From: Chanos chanos
Lineage: Eukaryota
DNA: 64,000 nucleotides
Assembly: GCF_902362185.1 (NCBI RefSeq)
Contig: NC_044504.1
Location: forward strand, 33,156,702 to 33,220,701
Direction: 5' to 3'
The translations under genes and the position numbers were made by a program. A model generated the notes under the pieces. It made no database searches. It was given only the letters and a program-made list of their open reading frames with translations, and had not been told where the DNA came from. Of the stretch, positions 24,043 through 34,497 are shown in pieces (positions within the stretch are counted from its first letter, which is position 1; the number at the start of each line of letters is the position of its first letter).

Positions 24043-24167
24043 TTAGAGACCTTCCTTAGTTATGTCTTGTTATTACCGTAAAGGGGTTTGCGTTTATCAC
24101 ATATCAGTGTCTGTCTTAGTGACTCTCTCTTCTTCTAAGCAAGTTGTCTCTCTCCTGCACTGTAGCA

Positions 24168-24293
24168 ATGGCAGTGTTCGAGAGCTGTGCTGTGGTTTTA
24201 GAACTCAAGCATTTGCCTTACAAAGAGAAGAAGAGGTTCACTTTGGCCATAACAGATAATGGAGGAAGTGTGTGCTACGTTGTCAACAAACAG
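24168..24293 (+). CDS. parp4: PARP4 exon 1 (start codon; BRCT N-terminus)
   Basis: MAVFESCAVVLELKHLPYKEKKRFTLAITDNGGSVCYVVNKQ|gtaaag. Aligns with human PARP4 MVMGIFANCIFCLKVKYLPQQQKKKLQTDIKENGGKFSFSLNPQ. Confidence 0.85.
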
Positions 24294-24518
24294 GTAAAGT
24301 TGATATTTGTTTCCCTTTTTTAATCTTTATTTCTTTCTACACTCTAAAATTACTTCTAGTCAGTATAGATGTCTAATTATTGTCGTTGTCTTTTGAGCGC
24401 CATACCAGGTCCAGCGGTTAGTTAGACGAAGCAGCAGATGCGAATCTAAAATGAACTAATGTGCTGAAAGTGTTTTGAATACGTAATGATTGGTTTTGCG
24501 TCTTCTCGTCTCATCTAG

Positions 24519-24711
24519 TGCACTTTTGTAGTCGCAAGCAGCTGGGACGATTTGAGCAGCAGCCGTCAGCGTAGCGTAAAGAAGCACCAAATCCCGGTCG
24601 TAGGGCTGCAGTATGTGTGGGACTGTCTAGAGAAAAGAGTCCGCCTGCCTGTGGAGGGGCACGCTCTGGTTCCCGTAACGCCTCCACCCAGCTCTACTCT
24701 TCTGTGGTCAG
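24519..24711 (+). CDS. parp4: PARP4 exon 2 (BRCT)
   Basis: tcatctag|CTFVVASSWDDLSSSRQRSVKKHQIPVVGLQYVWDCLEKRVRLPVEGHALVPVTPPPSSTLLWS|gtacag. Aligns with human CTHIILDNADVLSQYQLNSIQKNHVHIANPDFIWKSIREKRLLDV. Confidence 0.8.
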
Positions 24712-25564
24712 GTACAGACCACGTATCACTGTTTTGTTTTTTGTTTTGTTTTGTTTTGTTTTGTAGGAAACTCCTATTCATAGGCCCAGTAACCATATCT
24801 GTCTGTCTGTGTTTGTGTATGTGTGTCACCCAACTTTACTCAATAATCTGCACAGTTTGCTTCTGAAAATCCTAGAACCTGCCCGCATTTGTGTGTGTGT
24901 GTGTGTGTGTGTGCGCTCTCCAATAAAACCCCACCTCAGCCATGTTATCTACACAGTTCATGTCTGTGTACCAGAATAATGATGTCTACATTGTTATCTA
25001 GTAAATGACAATAAAATTTGAAACTTGAAAATTGAAACCAGTAACCTTAATGTTTGTGGAAATGTTTGCATATGTTGGTTTGGAGCTATTCATTCAGGGT
25101 GTCTTTGTCCAAAACCCTTATGTATTCATACCCACACACTTCACAAATGTTACGTAGCGCAACACATTTTGAATAAACGCATCATTGTTACTCACAAAAA
25201 AATTCTTCTTTCTTACCCCAGTTGTAAATGTTTTTATAACTTTTCACACATTCCGTTGTCACTGGAATTTCTGTTTCTTTGTCTCTACATTGTGAGGGCA
25301 AGGGAGGGGTACTTGAGATTACGACAGCCTGTGGTCTTGATTAGTCAGTGTGTTCTATGCTGTCAGTGCACTTGTGTATTTGTTGTATCTACCTTAAGAT
25401 TATTTTCCTACGAGAGTGACTGGAAAGATCTTTGAGAATAGCAGGACCAGACAGACGAACGCAAGGTGACAAGATGTGATAAAGACAGATATAGGTGCTT
25501 CATGTCAGATATCGCTCTGTTCACTTAAAAGACCAGCTTTCCTTCTGCTTGGCTGTTTGTACAG

Positions 25565-25694
25565 ATTTCACTGTGCCTAAGCCATCTGAAGAAGCATGGA
25601 AGTCCAGAGGTCAGCCTCTACCCCCGAGCTCTGCTGCTCAGAGACGCAAAGCGGAGGATCCAGCCAAGGATGACAACTCCCTGGCTAAAATCAG
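25565..25694 (+). CDS. parp4: PARP4 exon 3
   Basis: tgtacag|DFTVPKPSEEAWKSRGQPLPPSSAAQRRKAEDPAKDDNSLAKI|gtctgt. Phase-consistent linker region. Confidence 0.6.
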
Positions 25695-25949
25695 GTCTGT
25701 CCTGGTCACCCGTGCAATCAGAAGTCTTAAACTCTCCTCCATGTCATGTCAGTCTAATTTAGACATCTTTAAACTCCATATATACTGCATCCTTAAATGT
25801 CATAATGTCATATTGCATTATTTCTCATTGTTCATTCATAAACATAACTAAGCATTTGTATTTTTGGCTAAGGTGTCTTACTATGATTATTGGTTATTTG
25901 TGTTGTGCTGTATATGCTTAGCATTGGTTTTTTATTATTATTATTGATA

Positions 25950-26009
25950 GAGTCTACACTGAAAATGACCTTTGCGTGCCAGAATTTCCCAGAAATTTTC
26001 AAGTGGCCA
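25950..26009 (+). CDS. parp4: PARP4 exon 4
   Basis: ttgatag|RVYTENDLCVPEFPRNFQVA|gtactc. Aligns with human TEFGMQNVEIPHLPQDFEVA. Confidence 0.6.
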
Positions 26010-26167
26010 GGTACTCAGTATTGGAAAAGGTCAGTCTGTAATCCGTTTGAAAACCACAGTGGTTATTTGACAGTTACAGAATGTGGTTCTGACAGTCATG
26101 TCCACAAGACCTACTCTGCGTGGCTGCGTGAACATGGACTTGTTTGTGTGCTCTAGGTTAATCCCAG

Positions 26168-26258
26168 GACAGGGTCAGTTTTGGAACTGCAGAGTGCCAA
26201 AGGAGAAACAGGACAGATGTATCGTGTAGTGTGTGTTATTGTGCCTGACTGGAAAGAG
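26168..26258 (+). CDS. parp4: PARP4 exon 5
   Basis: aatcccag|RTGSVLELQSAKGETGQMYRVVCVIVPDWKE|gtaagg. Aligns with human AVVVELQCSRDSRDCPFLISSHF. The acceptor was chosen to keep the reading frame. Confidence 0.6.
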
Positions 26259-26610
26259 GTAAGGGATAGTTCAAAGCCGCAGAGCATCAGGGTTAGGTAT
26301 TTATCAATCCAAGCCTTAAAAACTATATCTCCTGTCCATATATGAAATTCTTTCTACTCCTTTTGTGTAATAGCTGCTTATTTAGTAAATAGTGGATTCA
26401 GCTTAAGACTGCAAGACACAGAATGACTCGAGATGCTCCTTCGTAAAACTGTAGTTACTCAGTAATTACAAATAATCAAACCTGTTACAGAATTCCTTTT
26501 TTTTTAAGTTTTCTAAGAACTAAGCTGTGATAGTTTTCAGAGTGATGGTAATAACAGTGAGAGTGATTAAGCTGCTGATGATAAATGGCATGCTGTGTTC
26601 TCCCGTGCAG

Positions 26611-26769
26611 GAGGCCGTGGTGCGGGATAAGTTAGTGCACTGCAGTAAGTCTGAGGAGGCTCTGGACGTGTATCTGATGATACAGAAAGAGCTGCAGAGT
26701 AAGAACTTCGTGGAGAGGGACACTCTTCCTCCAGAGGCCAAGAACCTGGGCTCCCAGAGCCTACAACAG
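26611..26769 (+). CDS. parp4: PARP4 exon 6
   Basis: cccgtgcag|EAVVRDKLVHCSKSEEALDVYLMIQKELQSKNFVERDTLPPEAKNLGSQSLQQ|gtctgt. Aligns with human RRQFAIKKTSEDASEYFENYIEELKKQGFLLREHFTPEATQLASEQLQ. Confidence 0.8.
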
Positions 26770-27146
26770 GTCTGTCACCATAAGCAGCACTATCACCAGC
26801 ATACGGGTGCTTCTGAACATACTCAGTGTTGCCTCTGTTTAGACATCCATCCAAGAGGCTTTCCGTCTTCTAATGTGTCATCAGCATACATTACAAATAA
26901 ATGCGGGCAAAACAAATGAATAAAGCGAAATAATTATTTGTCATGTGCTTAGCTTGATTACAGCTCAGTGTTCTCTCGTTATCTAAAGATGAATAATTTA
27001 CTGAGTTAATTTAAGTGGATCATTTTTTAAAATGTGACAGATATGCCGCAAGGCATTTGTCATTTTTTGGCCACAGTGAGGTGTAAGATTTCGCTTTGTT
27101 TGGCTCTTAGGGATTGTAAATCCTTATTTACTCTTTTTATCAACAG

Positions 27147-27284
27147 CTTCTGCTGGAGGAGAAGCTCAGCTGTAGCACGCTGTCACAGGAAGTGGGCGCT
27201 TTCGTGGAGCTCGTCTGGACAGAGGCCATCGGTTGCCTCGGAAACATTCTCACAGTTCCCTTCAGCAGCATCAGTCTTAATGAC
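27147..27284 (+). CDS. parp4: PARP4 exon 7
   Basis: caacag|LLLEEKLSCSTLSQEVGAFVELVWTEAIGCLGNILTVPFSSISLND|gtaatg. Aligns with human ALLLEEVMNSSTLSQEVSDLVEMIWAEALGHLEHMLLKPVNRISLND. Confidence 0.8.
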
Positions 27285-27416
27285 GTAATGACTGAATTTT
27301 TTTATACGGGACCATATTCTGTAAATGTATTTGTAGTCATTTGTTGTTTGTGTTGAAAACAAGCGTGAAGATGCACTGTTTGTGTGTTTGCATCAGTTTC
27401 TGTGCACATCCTCTGC

Positions 27417-27516
27417 ATGTGTGTTTGTGAGCCTGTGTAATGAACTGTGCCCAGGCTTGTGAATGTGCACATGTGTGTGTCCACATATGTGTGTGTGTAG
27501 CTGTGTGCATGCATAC

Positions 27517-27551
<35 letters not shown>

Positions 27552-27625
27552 TAGGCTGGTTTTTGTGTACAGGTGTCTGTATGTGTGTATGCAGGTGTGC
27601 GTATGTTTATGTGTGTGCGTATGTT

Positions 27626-27673
<48 letters not shown>

Positions 27674-27715
27674 AGCGTGTGCAGTTCTTTGTGTGCACGG
27701 GTGTGTGCGTGTTTG
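27417..27715. repeat. Large compound (GT)n/(GY)n microsatellite, about 300 bp, in PARP4 intron 7
   Basis: Long tgtgtg runs interrupted by tatg/tgca, including pure (GT)14 and (GT)20 tracts. Produces the spurious Cys/Val-rich ORFs 27440-28063 and 27463-27789. Confidence 0.9.
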
Positions 27716-27745
27716 ACCGTTTTGAACAGCTGTGTGTTAATGCAG

Positions 27746-27904
27746 GTGAGCAGAGCAGAAGGACTGCTGCTCCAGGCTCAGAGGAGTAAAGACGAAGCGG
27801 AGATTCAGACCCTGTTCGAGGAGGTCAACAGTCTGCTGCCTCACAGAATGCCCGAACACCCTGTCAAAGCCAAGCTTGTTTCACAGAAACTAGACCTCTG
27901 TCAG
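27746..27904 (+). CDS. parp4: PARP4 exon 8
   Basis: aatgcag|VSRAEGLLLQAQRSKDEAEIQTLFEEVNSLLPHRMPEHPVKAKLVSQKLDLCQ|gtaaca. Aligns with human VSKAEGILLLVKAALKNGETAEQLQKMMTEFYRLIPHKGTMPKEVNLGLLAKKADLCQ. Confidence 0.8.
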
Positions 27905-28295
27905 GTAACATCACAATGTCAACACAAAACACACACACACACACAAACATGCATTCAACCACCGCCATTCACCAGTCCTATTTTTCACACTCGTCCAGCA
28001 GCTGCAAAAATGCCAGCAAAAAGAAACAAGAGAAACACAAGAACTCTCTGTTTGCCCTCATGAGGTGTAACCAGTTTTTTTTTTTGTTCAGTACACTCAA
28101 AGGGACAGGTAAAAGACCATTTACGAAGTGAGAATTTATCCGTTCACAGAACCAGTGAACAGACATGTCTGTTTCCCATTTAACCCGTTTAGCTGGTATT
28201 TTGACAGAGACAGATTATAACATGAGCTCCTCACACCACAAAGAGTGAAACCACATCCTCCCAAAGAAACAAGTCACGTAACCTTTTATCACATT

Positions 28296-28570
28296 ACGAA
28301 CCCTTACTATCACATTTACAAACCCTTACCATCACATTTACAAACCCTTACCATCACATTTACAAACCCTTACCATCACATTTACAAACCCTTACCATCA
28401 CATTTACAAACCCTTACCATCACATTTACAAACCATTACTATCACATTTACAAACCTTACCATCACATTTACAAACCCTTACCATCACATTTACAAACCC
28501 TTACCATCACATTTACAAACCATTACTATCACATTTACAAACCCTTACCATCACATTTACAAAGCCTTAG
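28296..28570. repeat. Minisatellite of about 12 copies of a 22-bp unit (acccttaccatcacatttacaa) in PARP4 intron 8
   Basis: Perfect or near-perfect head-to-tail repeats. Produces the spurious repetitive ORF 28245-28586. Confidence 0.9.
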
Positions 28571-28618
28571 TTTGACTAGGCAGTGAAAAGCTAACCAAGA
28601 CCTACTGTCTTCTTCTAG

Positions 28619-28770
28619 TTAATCAGAGATATGTTGAACGTGAGTGAGACGACCATGAGAAGCGTATTTCCTTCTTGTTTGGGAAAATACCGTGCTCTTA
28701 GATGCAGCATCGACAGCGTTCCTGCAGGCAGTCCGGAATTTCACTCTGTCCAGCTGTTACTACAGGACAG
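28619..28770 (+). CDS. parp4: PARP4 exon 9
   Basis: tcttctag|LIRDMLNVSETTMRSVFPSCLGKYRALRCSIDSVPAGSPEFHSVQLLLQDR|gtactg. Aligns with human LIRDMVNVCETNLSKPNPPSLAKYRALRCKIEHVEQNTEEFLRVRKEVLQNH. Confidence 0.85.
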
Positions 28771-28895
28771 GTACTGTCAAAGGATGAATGCTGTGTGTTT
28801 GAGTGTGGCTGTGTTTGTGCTCTTGTTTCTGCTCAGAAGTTTGTGTTTTTGTTCACTTAAGCTTGTCTATCTAATACACTGCATCACTCCCTCAG

Positions 28896-29027
28896 GCCCA
28901 TCCAGATTATGCAGGTTTTTTCTGTGAGAAGAGGGGTGGAGCTACAGATGTTTAGGGAGGAGCTTGGGAATATCAGGCCCCTCCTTCATTCAACCAGTTC
29001 TAGCAGCTTTGTGGGAATACTTTCTCG
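28896..29027 (+). CDS. parp4: PARP4 exon 10 (PARP regulatory/catalytic region)
   Basis: ccctcag|PIQIMQVFSVRRGVELQMFREELGNIRPLLHSTSSSSFVGILSR|gtgaga. Aligns with human PVDVLQIFRVGRVNETTEFLSKLGNVRPLLHGSPVQNIVGILCR. Confidence 0.85.
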
Positions 29028-29126
29028 GTGAGAAAATCATGACCGTGCTGTTGTCAGTGAAATACAATGAAAACCAGCCGTCGGATAACTTACTGAGCAC
29101 CGTTTATAATGTTCTCCTCTCTCCAG

Positions 29127-29225
29127 GGGACTGTTGCTTCCTAGAGTTGGAGTTGAGCAACATGGGATTGAAAGGACAGACATAGGCTTCCTGGGATCTG
29201 GCATCTACTTTAGTGACTCTCTCAG
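29127..29225 (+). CDS. parp4: PARP4 exon 11 (PARP catalytic)
   Basis: ctctccag|GLLLPRVGVEQHGIERTDIGFLGSGIYFSDSL|gtcagt. Aligns with human GLLLPKVVEDRGVQRTDVGNLGSGIYFSDSLS. Confidence 0.85.
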
Positions 29226-29543
29226 GTCAGTAAACTAAAATGTGTGAGAGTTTTTTGTTTGTTTGTTTCCTCATTTGTGTGTCTGTTTGTTGAGAATGCA
29301 AGAGAGTAATATCTGATGGTCCGCCATTCCAGACAAGAGTACTGTGATGCTGTCCTTTCCATAGAGACATTGTGTAGTTACCATAGAGACATTGTGTAGT
29401 TACCATAGAGACATTCTGCAGAACCGAGGCAGAAAATGGGTCTTACGGGGCCTTTCACCAGCAGCAGCATGAAATCTTGTGAAGGTCCACTTTGTGTACG
29501 CGGCATCACTAGTGCTAACTCTGAGACATATTCTGTATTGTAG

Positions 29544-29727
29544 CACCAGTGTGAAGTACTCTAAACCCAGTGTCACCGATGGCTCGCGTCTTCTGCTGGT
29601 ATGCGAGGTGGCTCTGGGTCGCTGCAGGGACCTTCAGAAGAAAGATACCACGCTGACCTCTGCCCCCAAAGGCTACCACAGTGTGCACGGAGTTCGCCGC
29701 TCCCCAAAAGTTCACTCTGAATTTGAG
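29544..29727 (+). CDS. parp4: PARP4 exon 12 (PARP catalytic core)
   Basis: ttgtag|STSVKYSKPSVTDGSRLLLVCEVALGRCRDLQKKDTTLTSAPKGYHSVHGVRRSPKVHSEFE|gtgctt. Aligns with human TDGTRLLLICDVALGKCMDLHEKDFSLTEAPPGYDSVHGVSQTASVTTDFE. Confidence 0.9.
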
Positions 29728-30157
29728 GTGCTTTTTTTACCTCCTTTTTTTTTAATGTTTTCTCCTTTTTCTCCCAGTTTGGGATGCTCAGATATCAGCA
29801 GTCTTGTAAGTAACCTCCTTCTTCTGTAATCACAGTTGAGGTGAATGAGGTTGCACCTGCCTCTTCCAAGGCGCATTGAGTTGCATAGTACGGCCAGCTG
29901 ACAAAGAACTAATTGACTATCAGTCACTGTGAATTACCACAGCTACACAGGGCCAGGACTCTGGCCAGTTAATCCGTCCATGGAACACAACTCGACAAGT
30001 GTCACCCAGTTAGGATTTGAGCCAGTCCCTCTAGATGTAGGGCAAATCTCTGTTAGACAATGCCTCAGTTGAGTACCACATCACTTAAGAGCCAGGCTCT
30101 TTAACACAAACAGTCCTTTACTTTTTTTCCTACTACGGGTGCAATCCCGTGTTTCAG

Positions 30158-30305
30158 GACGATGAGTACGTGGTGTATAGCCCGGACCAGGTCAAGATTA
30201 AGTATGTGGTCCAATACACGCTGGAGGGAGATCAGATGAAGACGTTTCAGCCACACATTGACATGTCTTTGGAGCTGACGGAGCCTGCTGTGACCTCTGA
30301 TACTT
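30158..30305 (+). CDS. parp4: PARP4 exon 13 (end of PARP catalytic domain)
   Basis: gtttcag|DDEYVVYSPDQVKIKYVVQYTLEGDQMKTFQPHIDMSLELTEPAVTSDT|gtgagt. Aligns with human DDEFVVYKTNQVKMKYIIKFSMPGDQIKDFHP. Confidence 0.9.
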
Positions 30306-30586
30306 GTGAGTCCTTAACGTTTTGGTGTGCTTCGTTCAGAATGACTGTCGCTATGGATACCATCACAGAACTATAAACGTTACCGACGGACACAGTGCAA
30401 AGTCTTTGAGTTTGACTCTCTAATTAAGTGTGTGTCCTGATCATCACTGATAAAGACAACCTGACATACTACCAGGGTTTAATCTCGGTTTCAATCTAGG
30501 GCCCATTAATCATAAGAAAATCACTGTTGCATCATGTACAGCACTCCATTTGGTGTTGACTGTTGTGTATATGTTTGTTCTTGTAG

Positions 30587-30729
30587 TGTCCAGCGAAGAC
30601 AGTGATGGGTTAGGGCTCACTAAGAACCCACTGGAGACCGTGACTGCTGGTCTACTCAACAGCAGCGGTGAGACCCTCCCCTTGCAGGCTGTCCATGTGA
30701 GGAGCAAGCTGATGGACCTGCTCTGTCAG
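30587..30729 (+). CDS. parp4: PARP4 exon 14
   Basis: cttgtag|LSSEDSDGLGLTKNPLETVTAGLLNSSGETLPLQAVHVRSKLMDLLCQ|gtacgc. Phase 1 in, phase 0 out. Confidence 0.75.
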
Positions 30730-30943
30730 GTACGCCATCATATTGTACTCCTATAAGTCACACTACACGCCACTGTGCAGAACCAAGCAATATTAGTGTT
30801 GAGCTTTATTACAGTAAAATGTGTTCACATGTCGTGTCATGTCATTCACTGAACTGTGTCGTGTTAATGGTTCGTCACTTTTGATTCTTGTTCTTAACTA
30901 AACCGTCTCCAACATGAACTCGCTCATTCACCTCTGTTTTCAG

Positions 30944-31075
30944 GTCATCATTTTCCAGACATACACCAATAACAGTGCCTCACCCATTGAGGCCAAATAC
31001 GTGTTCCCATTGGAGGAGACAGCAGCGGTGTGTGGTTTTGAAGCCTTTATTAATGGAAAGCATGTTGTTGGAAAG
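30944..31075 (+). CDS. parp4: PARP4 exon 15 (VIT domain)
   Basis: gttttcag|VIIFQTYTNNSASPIEAKYVFPLEETAAVCGFEAFINGKHVVGK|gtaagg. Near-identical to human VIVFQTYTNKSHVPIEAKYIFPLDDKAAVCGFEAFINGKHIVGE. Confidence 0.9.
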
Positions 31076-31209
31076 GTAAGGGAGCTCAGCAATAACAGCT
31101 AATCCCTGTGATAAGACGCCCTCTAATGTCTAATGGGATGACCAAAGTTTTTCTCGGTTACCGATTTACAGATAGCTTTACTTTTGTTGCTGCTGTGAGA
31201 CTCAGAAGG

Positions 31210-31241
<32 letters not shown>

Positions 31242-31306
31242 GTCTTTCTTTCTTTCTTTCTGTCTGTCTCTCTGTCTGTTTGTTTCGCTCACTCTCTCTC
31301 TCTTAG

Positions 31307-31393
31307 GTGAAAGAGAAGGAGCAGGCCCGTAAGGAGTATAAACAGGCCATACAACAAGGCCACGGAGCCTATCTGATGGACCAAGATGCCCCT
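31307..31393 (+). CDS. parp4: PARP4 exon 16 (VIT)
   Basis: ctcttag|VKEKEQARKEYKQAIQQGHGAYLMDQDAP|gtatgt. Aligns with human IKEKEEAQQEYLEAVTQGHGAYLMSQDAP. Confidence 0.9.
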
Positions 31394-31659
31394 GTATGTC
31401 TCATCTCCATCACTTCTCATATACATTTAATATAACAGTCTGCGTAAATCTGAGCAGTTATAGCATGACATTGATGAAAATTCTGCTCTGTCCTGAGTGA
31501 GTCACTCTAAGATCTGGAGTAAAAGTTTGATTATTACGTTCTACTTTCTCTTCTTTTTTGTCTAACTGATTGTGAATGTGGCTTATGTCGAAATTGAATG
31601 GTTGACACGATGTGCCCTGTTAAATATTTTCAGTAATGTTATTACCATGAAACTTTCAG

Positions 31660-31824
31660 GATGTCTTCACCATCAGTGTAGGAAACCTGCCTCCTGGTGC
31701 CACCGTCTTGATCAAAGTGACCTTTATCACAGAGTTGGTTGTGAAGTCCGGCTCGATTCTCTTCTCCCTGCCTGGCAGTGTGGCACCGTGGGAAAAGAGT
31801 TCAGCCCTGAATCAGAGAACTCAG
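31660..31824 (+). CDS. parp4: PARP4 exon 17 (VIT)
   Basis: aactttcag|DVFTISVGNLPPGATVLIKVTFITELVVKSGSILFSLPGSVAPWEKSSALNQRTQ|gtcaga. Aligns with human DVFTVSVGNLPPKAKVLIKITYITELSILGTVGVFFMPATVAPWQQDKALNENLQ. Confidence 0.9.
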
Positions 31825-31857
31825 GTCAGAGTCATACCATTCTCCTCACGCTGTCAG

Positions 31858-31884
31858 CCCCCCCCCCCCAAAAGGGGGGGGGGG
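31858..31884. repeat. Perfect C12-A4-G11 palindrome (hairpin-capable homopolymer inverted repeat) in PARP4 intron 17
   Basis: cccccccccccc aaaa ggggggggggg. Confidence 0.9.
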
Positions 31885-32062
31885 GTTGCCACCATTGTCA
31901 TTCTGCAGTTAACATTTACCAAAAATATCTCAGAGAACACAGTTATTGTTTTAGTTGCTGTTTCCGTGTTAACGTGATGTTGTTAGGAAACGTTGCTTTT
32001 CGTAAAGCGCAAATTCGATTTAACGTCTCTGTTCTCCATGCCGACGCATTTGTGTGTATCAG

Positions 32063-32106
32063 ACGACAGTGGAGAAGGTGTGTGTGGATGAGCTGACACC
32101 CGAGGG
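32063..32106 (+). CDS. parp4: PARP4 exon 18 (44-nt micro-exon)
   Basis: gtatcag|TTVEKVCVDELTPEG|gtaaga. Aligns with human DTVEKICIKEIGTKQ. The phase 0-to-2 transition is needed for the downstream frame. Confidence 0.75.
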
Positions 32107-32247
32107 GTAAGAATCTCTGTAGTCTTTTTTTTTTTTTTCTTCAAAGATTCCCTTGATGTGACAACCGCTCTTAAAAGCATTGGGTTGTTGTGTTAATGAT
32201 CACGGGTGATAGCGTAATCCTGTTTCTGTCTCTCTGAAAAACCTTAG

Positions 32248-32329
32248 GGAATTCTCTCTGTGCATGTCCGTTGAGATGCCATACGAGATCACCGACCTGA
32301 CCTGTGTCACACACCGTGTCAAAATAAAG
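32248..32329 (+). CDS. parp4: PARP4 exon 19
   Basis: accttag|EFSLCMSVEMPYEITDLTCVTHRVKIK|gtctgt. Aligns with human SFSLTMSIEMPYVIEFIFSDTHELKQK. Confidence 0.85.
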
Positions 32330-32332
32330 GTC

Positions 32333-32368
<36 letters not shown>

Positions 32369-32836
32369 TGTGTATATCCACTTTTGTCTAAATAAGGATG
32401 TATATTTGAGGTGTTTTGAAGTTTTCACTGTTCATGATGTTAAGGATTTTGATGATAACAATTTATCAATTCAAGACAATGTGTCTTCTTTCAAGTTGGA
32501 GCTTGTTTGAGAACAGACTAATTAAACAGACTTCAAATGAGTGTATATGTTGTGAATTATATAAATGATTCCCCTCTTAATGTGAAAATATGTACTCATT
32601 CATTCATTCATGCATTTAATTATTCACTTCTTAATGCATTTCCTTATTTATTTATCCATGGATACATGGACACCCTGCAGCAAACAAGTTCTGGCCCAGC
32701 GTACATGTTTGTCAAAGGAGAGAATGAAAACATTGCATTTTTATTTGGTGCAAATGAGTGTGTATTTATTTTGTTGGTGTATATAGTGTTGTGTGTCTTC
32801 TGGAGTGTGACGGTCATTTGTGTGTGTCATGGTCAG

Positions 32837-32974
32837 AGGACAGACTGTAAAGCAGTGGTCAGCACTCTGCCAGGGGAGACTCTAGGCTCAGACGGCTTCC
32901 AGCTCTCCTTTGGTCTGTCCCAGATCCACATGCCCAGGATGTGGGTTGAGAATCATCCAGAGAAAGATAGTCAG
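32837..32974 (+). CDS. parp4: PARP4 exon 20
   Basis: ggtcag|RTDCKAVVSTLPGETLGSDGFQLSFGLSQIHMPRMWVENHPEKDSQ|gtgcag. Aligns with human RTDCKAVISTMEGSSLDSSGFSLHIGLSAAYLPRMWVEKHPEKESE. Confidence 0.9.
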
Positions 32975-33211
32975 GTGCAGTTGTCTTGACTCACGTGCAC
33001 ACACACACACACACATACACACACACACTCATTACTTAAGTGTTACTCCTCTGCTCTGTAATTGTCTTCAAAATGCAGCTTTTTTTAGGATGATTAAGTG
33101 TGACATGATGGGGAGTTCACATGTACACACACACACACACACACACACAAACATGCACTTTTTCACCAAGAGCAAGTAAATTGTATTAACTTACCCATGT
33201 TTTCTCTCCAG

Positions 33212-33419
33212 GCATGCATGTTGGTATTCTACCCAGACTTTGAGACTAGCAGTGTGACTGGCTCTGATTCTCTGTCTGCTGTTAGCAATGTGATCATTCT
33301 GCTGGACACCTCTGAGTCAATGCGGGGAGAAGCCATGCTGAATAGCCGAAGAATTGCCCTGCAAGTTCTGAAAAGCCTGGACCGCTCTGTAAAGATCAAC
33401 GTAGTGTCCTTTGGCACAG
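33212..33419 (+). CDS. parp4: PARP4 exon 21 (start of vWA domain with MIDAS DxSxS)
   Basis: tctctccag|ACMLVFYPDFETSSVTGSDSLSAVSNVIILLDTSESMRGEAMLNSRRIALQVLKSLDRSVKINVVSFGT|gttaga. Aligns with human ACMLVFQPDLDVDLPDLASESEVIICLDCSSSMEGVTFLQAKQIALHALSLVGEKQKVNIIQFGT. Confidence 0.9.
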
Positions 33420-33730
33420 GTTAGACCTCTTTAAACGCATCATAGAATACTTAAATGTAACTCTAACGCTGGCTGTTTCTCTTGGCCTGTGTATGATTTC
33501 AACCAGTTTTAACTTCAGATTAATTTTAAAAAGTGAATTGAAGGTCGCTGGGGAGCACCACATAGAGACTCTTTCTATAGAGACCTTCATTTGAAAATGT
33601 GTCACGCTGATGCATCTTTGGAAGAACATATATCCCCAAGGCTGTCCCTTAAACACTTCCATACCTGTATGGATAAGAGTCTTTGTGAAGGCTTGAGCTT
33701 TGTACCATAAACTCTCTTAAACTTGTTTAG

Positions 33731-33801
33731 ATTACAAGGAGGCCTTCCCCTCCCAATGTGTGCTTGAGGATGTCCAGGAACAAGCCAAGAAATTCATCAT
33801 G
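33731..33801 (+). CDS. parp4: PARP4 exon 22 (vWA)
   Basis: cttgtttag|DYKEAFPSQCVLEDVQEQAKKFIM|gtgagt. Aligns with human GYKELFSYPKHITSNTMAAEFIM. Confidence 0.8.
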
Positions 33802-33970
33802 GTGAGTACCCACAATGCTCTCAAATCGTCTGCTGTCGGTGTTGATAGTGAGAGCATCTCATAAATGAGTTAGGTCTGACATTTAGACATTTCTCACTAA
33901 ACGCCCCACAGTCACCCGTGTGGTTAGCCTCTAACCCCTTACCACTATCTGTCATTTCACCTCCGTTTAG

Positions 33971-34158
33971 ACTTCTCCTCCTGTTGGCGGCAGCACTGAG
34001 TTATGGAGAACCTTGCGTAGCTTGAGTCTCCTGCCTCCGTCGCGAGGAGTTAGGAACCTGCTGTTGCTTTCTGACGGTCACGTTCAGAACCAGGCTGTGA
34101 CCCTGCAGCTCGTACGGGACAACGTACCCCACACACGTCTTTTTACCTGCGGACTCAG
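33971..34158 (+). CDS. parp4: PARP4 exon 23 (vWA)
   Basis: ccgtttag|TSPPVGGSTELWRTLRSLSLLPPSRGVRNLLLLSDGHVQNQAVTLQLVRDNVPHTRLFTCGL|gtcagc. Aligns with human SATPTMGNTDFWKTLRYLSLLYPARGSRNILLVSDGHLQDESLTLQLVKRSRPHTRLFACGIG. Confidence 0.9.
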
Positions 34159-34497
34159 GTCAGCAGCCAAGTGTCATGAATTTGATCGTGAAGTGGCTCG
34201 GTCTGGTCTTCCATAAACAGCTGCCTGTTAATGCCCTTTTGTTTTCAACGGAAGACAATGCACTGAGAAATCACACTGCACACAAATACAAACGGACTGA
34301 AAGACAGTATAGGAAAAAAATTGATATGCACTGTTGTCAGTCATAGACTCATAGTAGAAGTAATGCCATGCTAGCTCCAGACACATCTCCTTTATATATG
34401 TCTCTATTTTTGTGAGCTTAATTATGATGATGCTGATGATGATGCTAATGTGTGATTTTGTGTGTTTGTGTGTGTGTGCATGGCTATCCATAATCAG

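Noticed and set aside
27440-28063. 207-aa and 108-aa Cys/Val-rich ORFs (27440-28063, 27463-27789) and the His/Thr-rich ORF 27302-27514 (minus strand)
   Set aside because: Artefacts of translating the (GT)n/(AC)n compound microsatellite in PARP4 intron 7. Only 27746-27904 is exonic.
28245-28586. 113-aa repetitive ORF 'PYHHIYKPLPSHLQTLTITFTN...'
   Set aside because: Translation of the 22-bp minisatellite. Periodic and intronic.
31572-32096. 174-aa ORF spanning 31572-32096 and 31708-31977
   Set aside because: Read-through across PARP4 exon 17 into the intron. Only 31660-31824 is exonic (GT donor at 31825, homology ends there).
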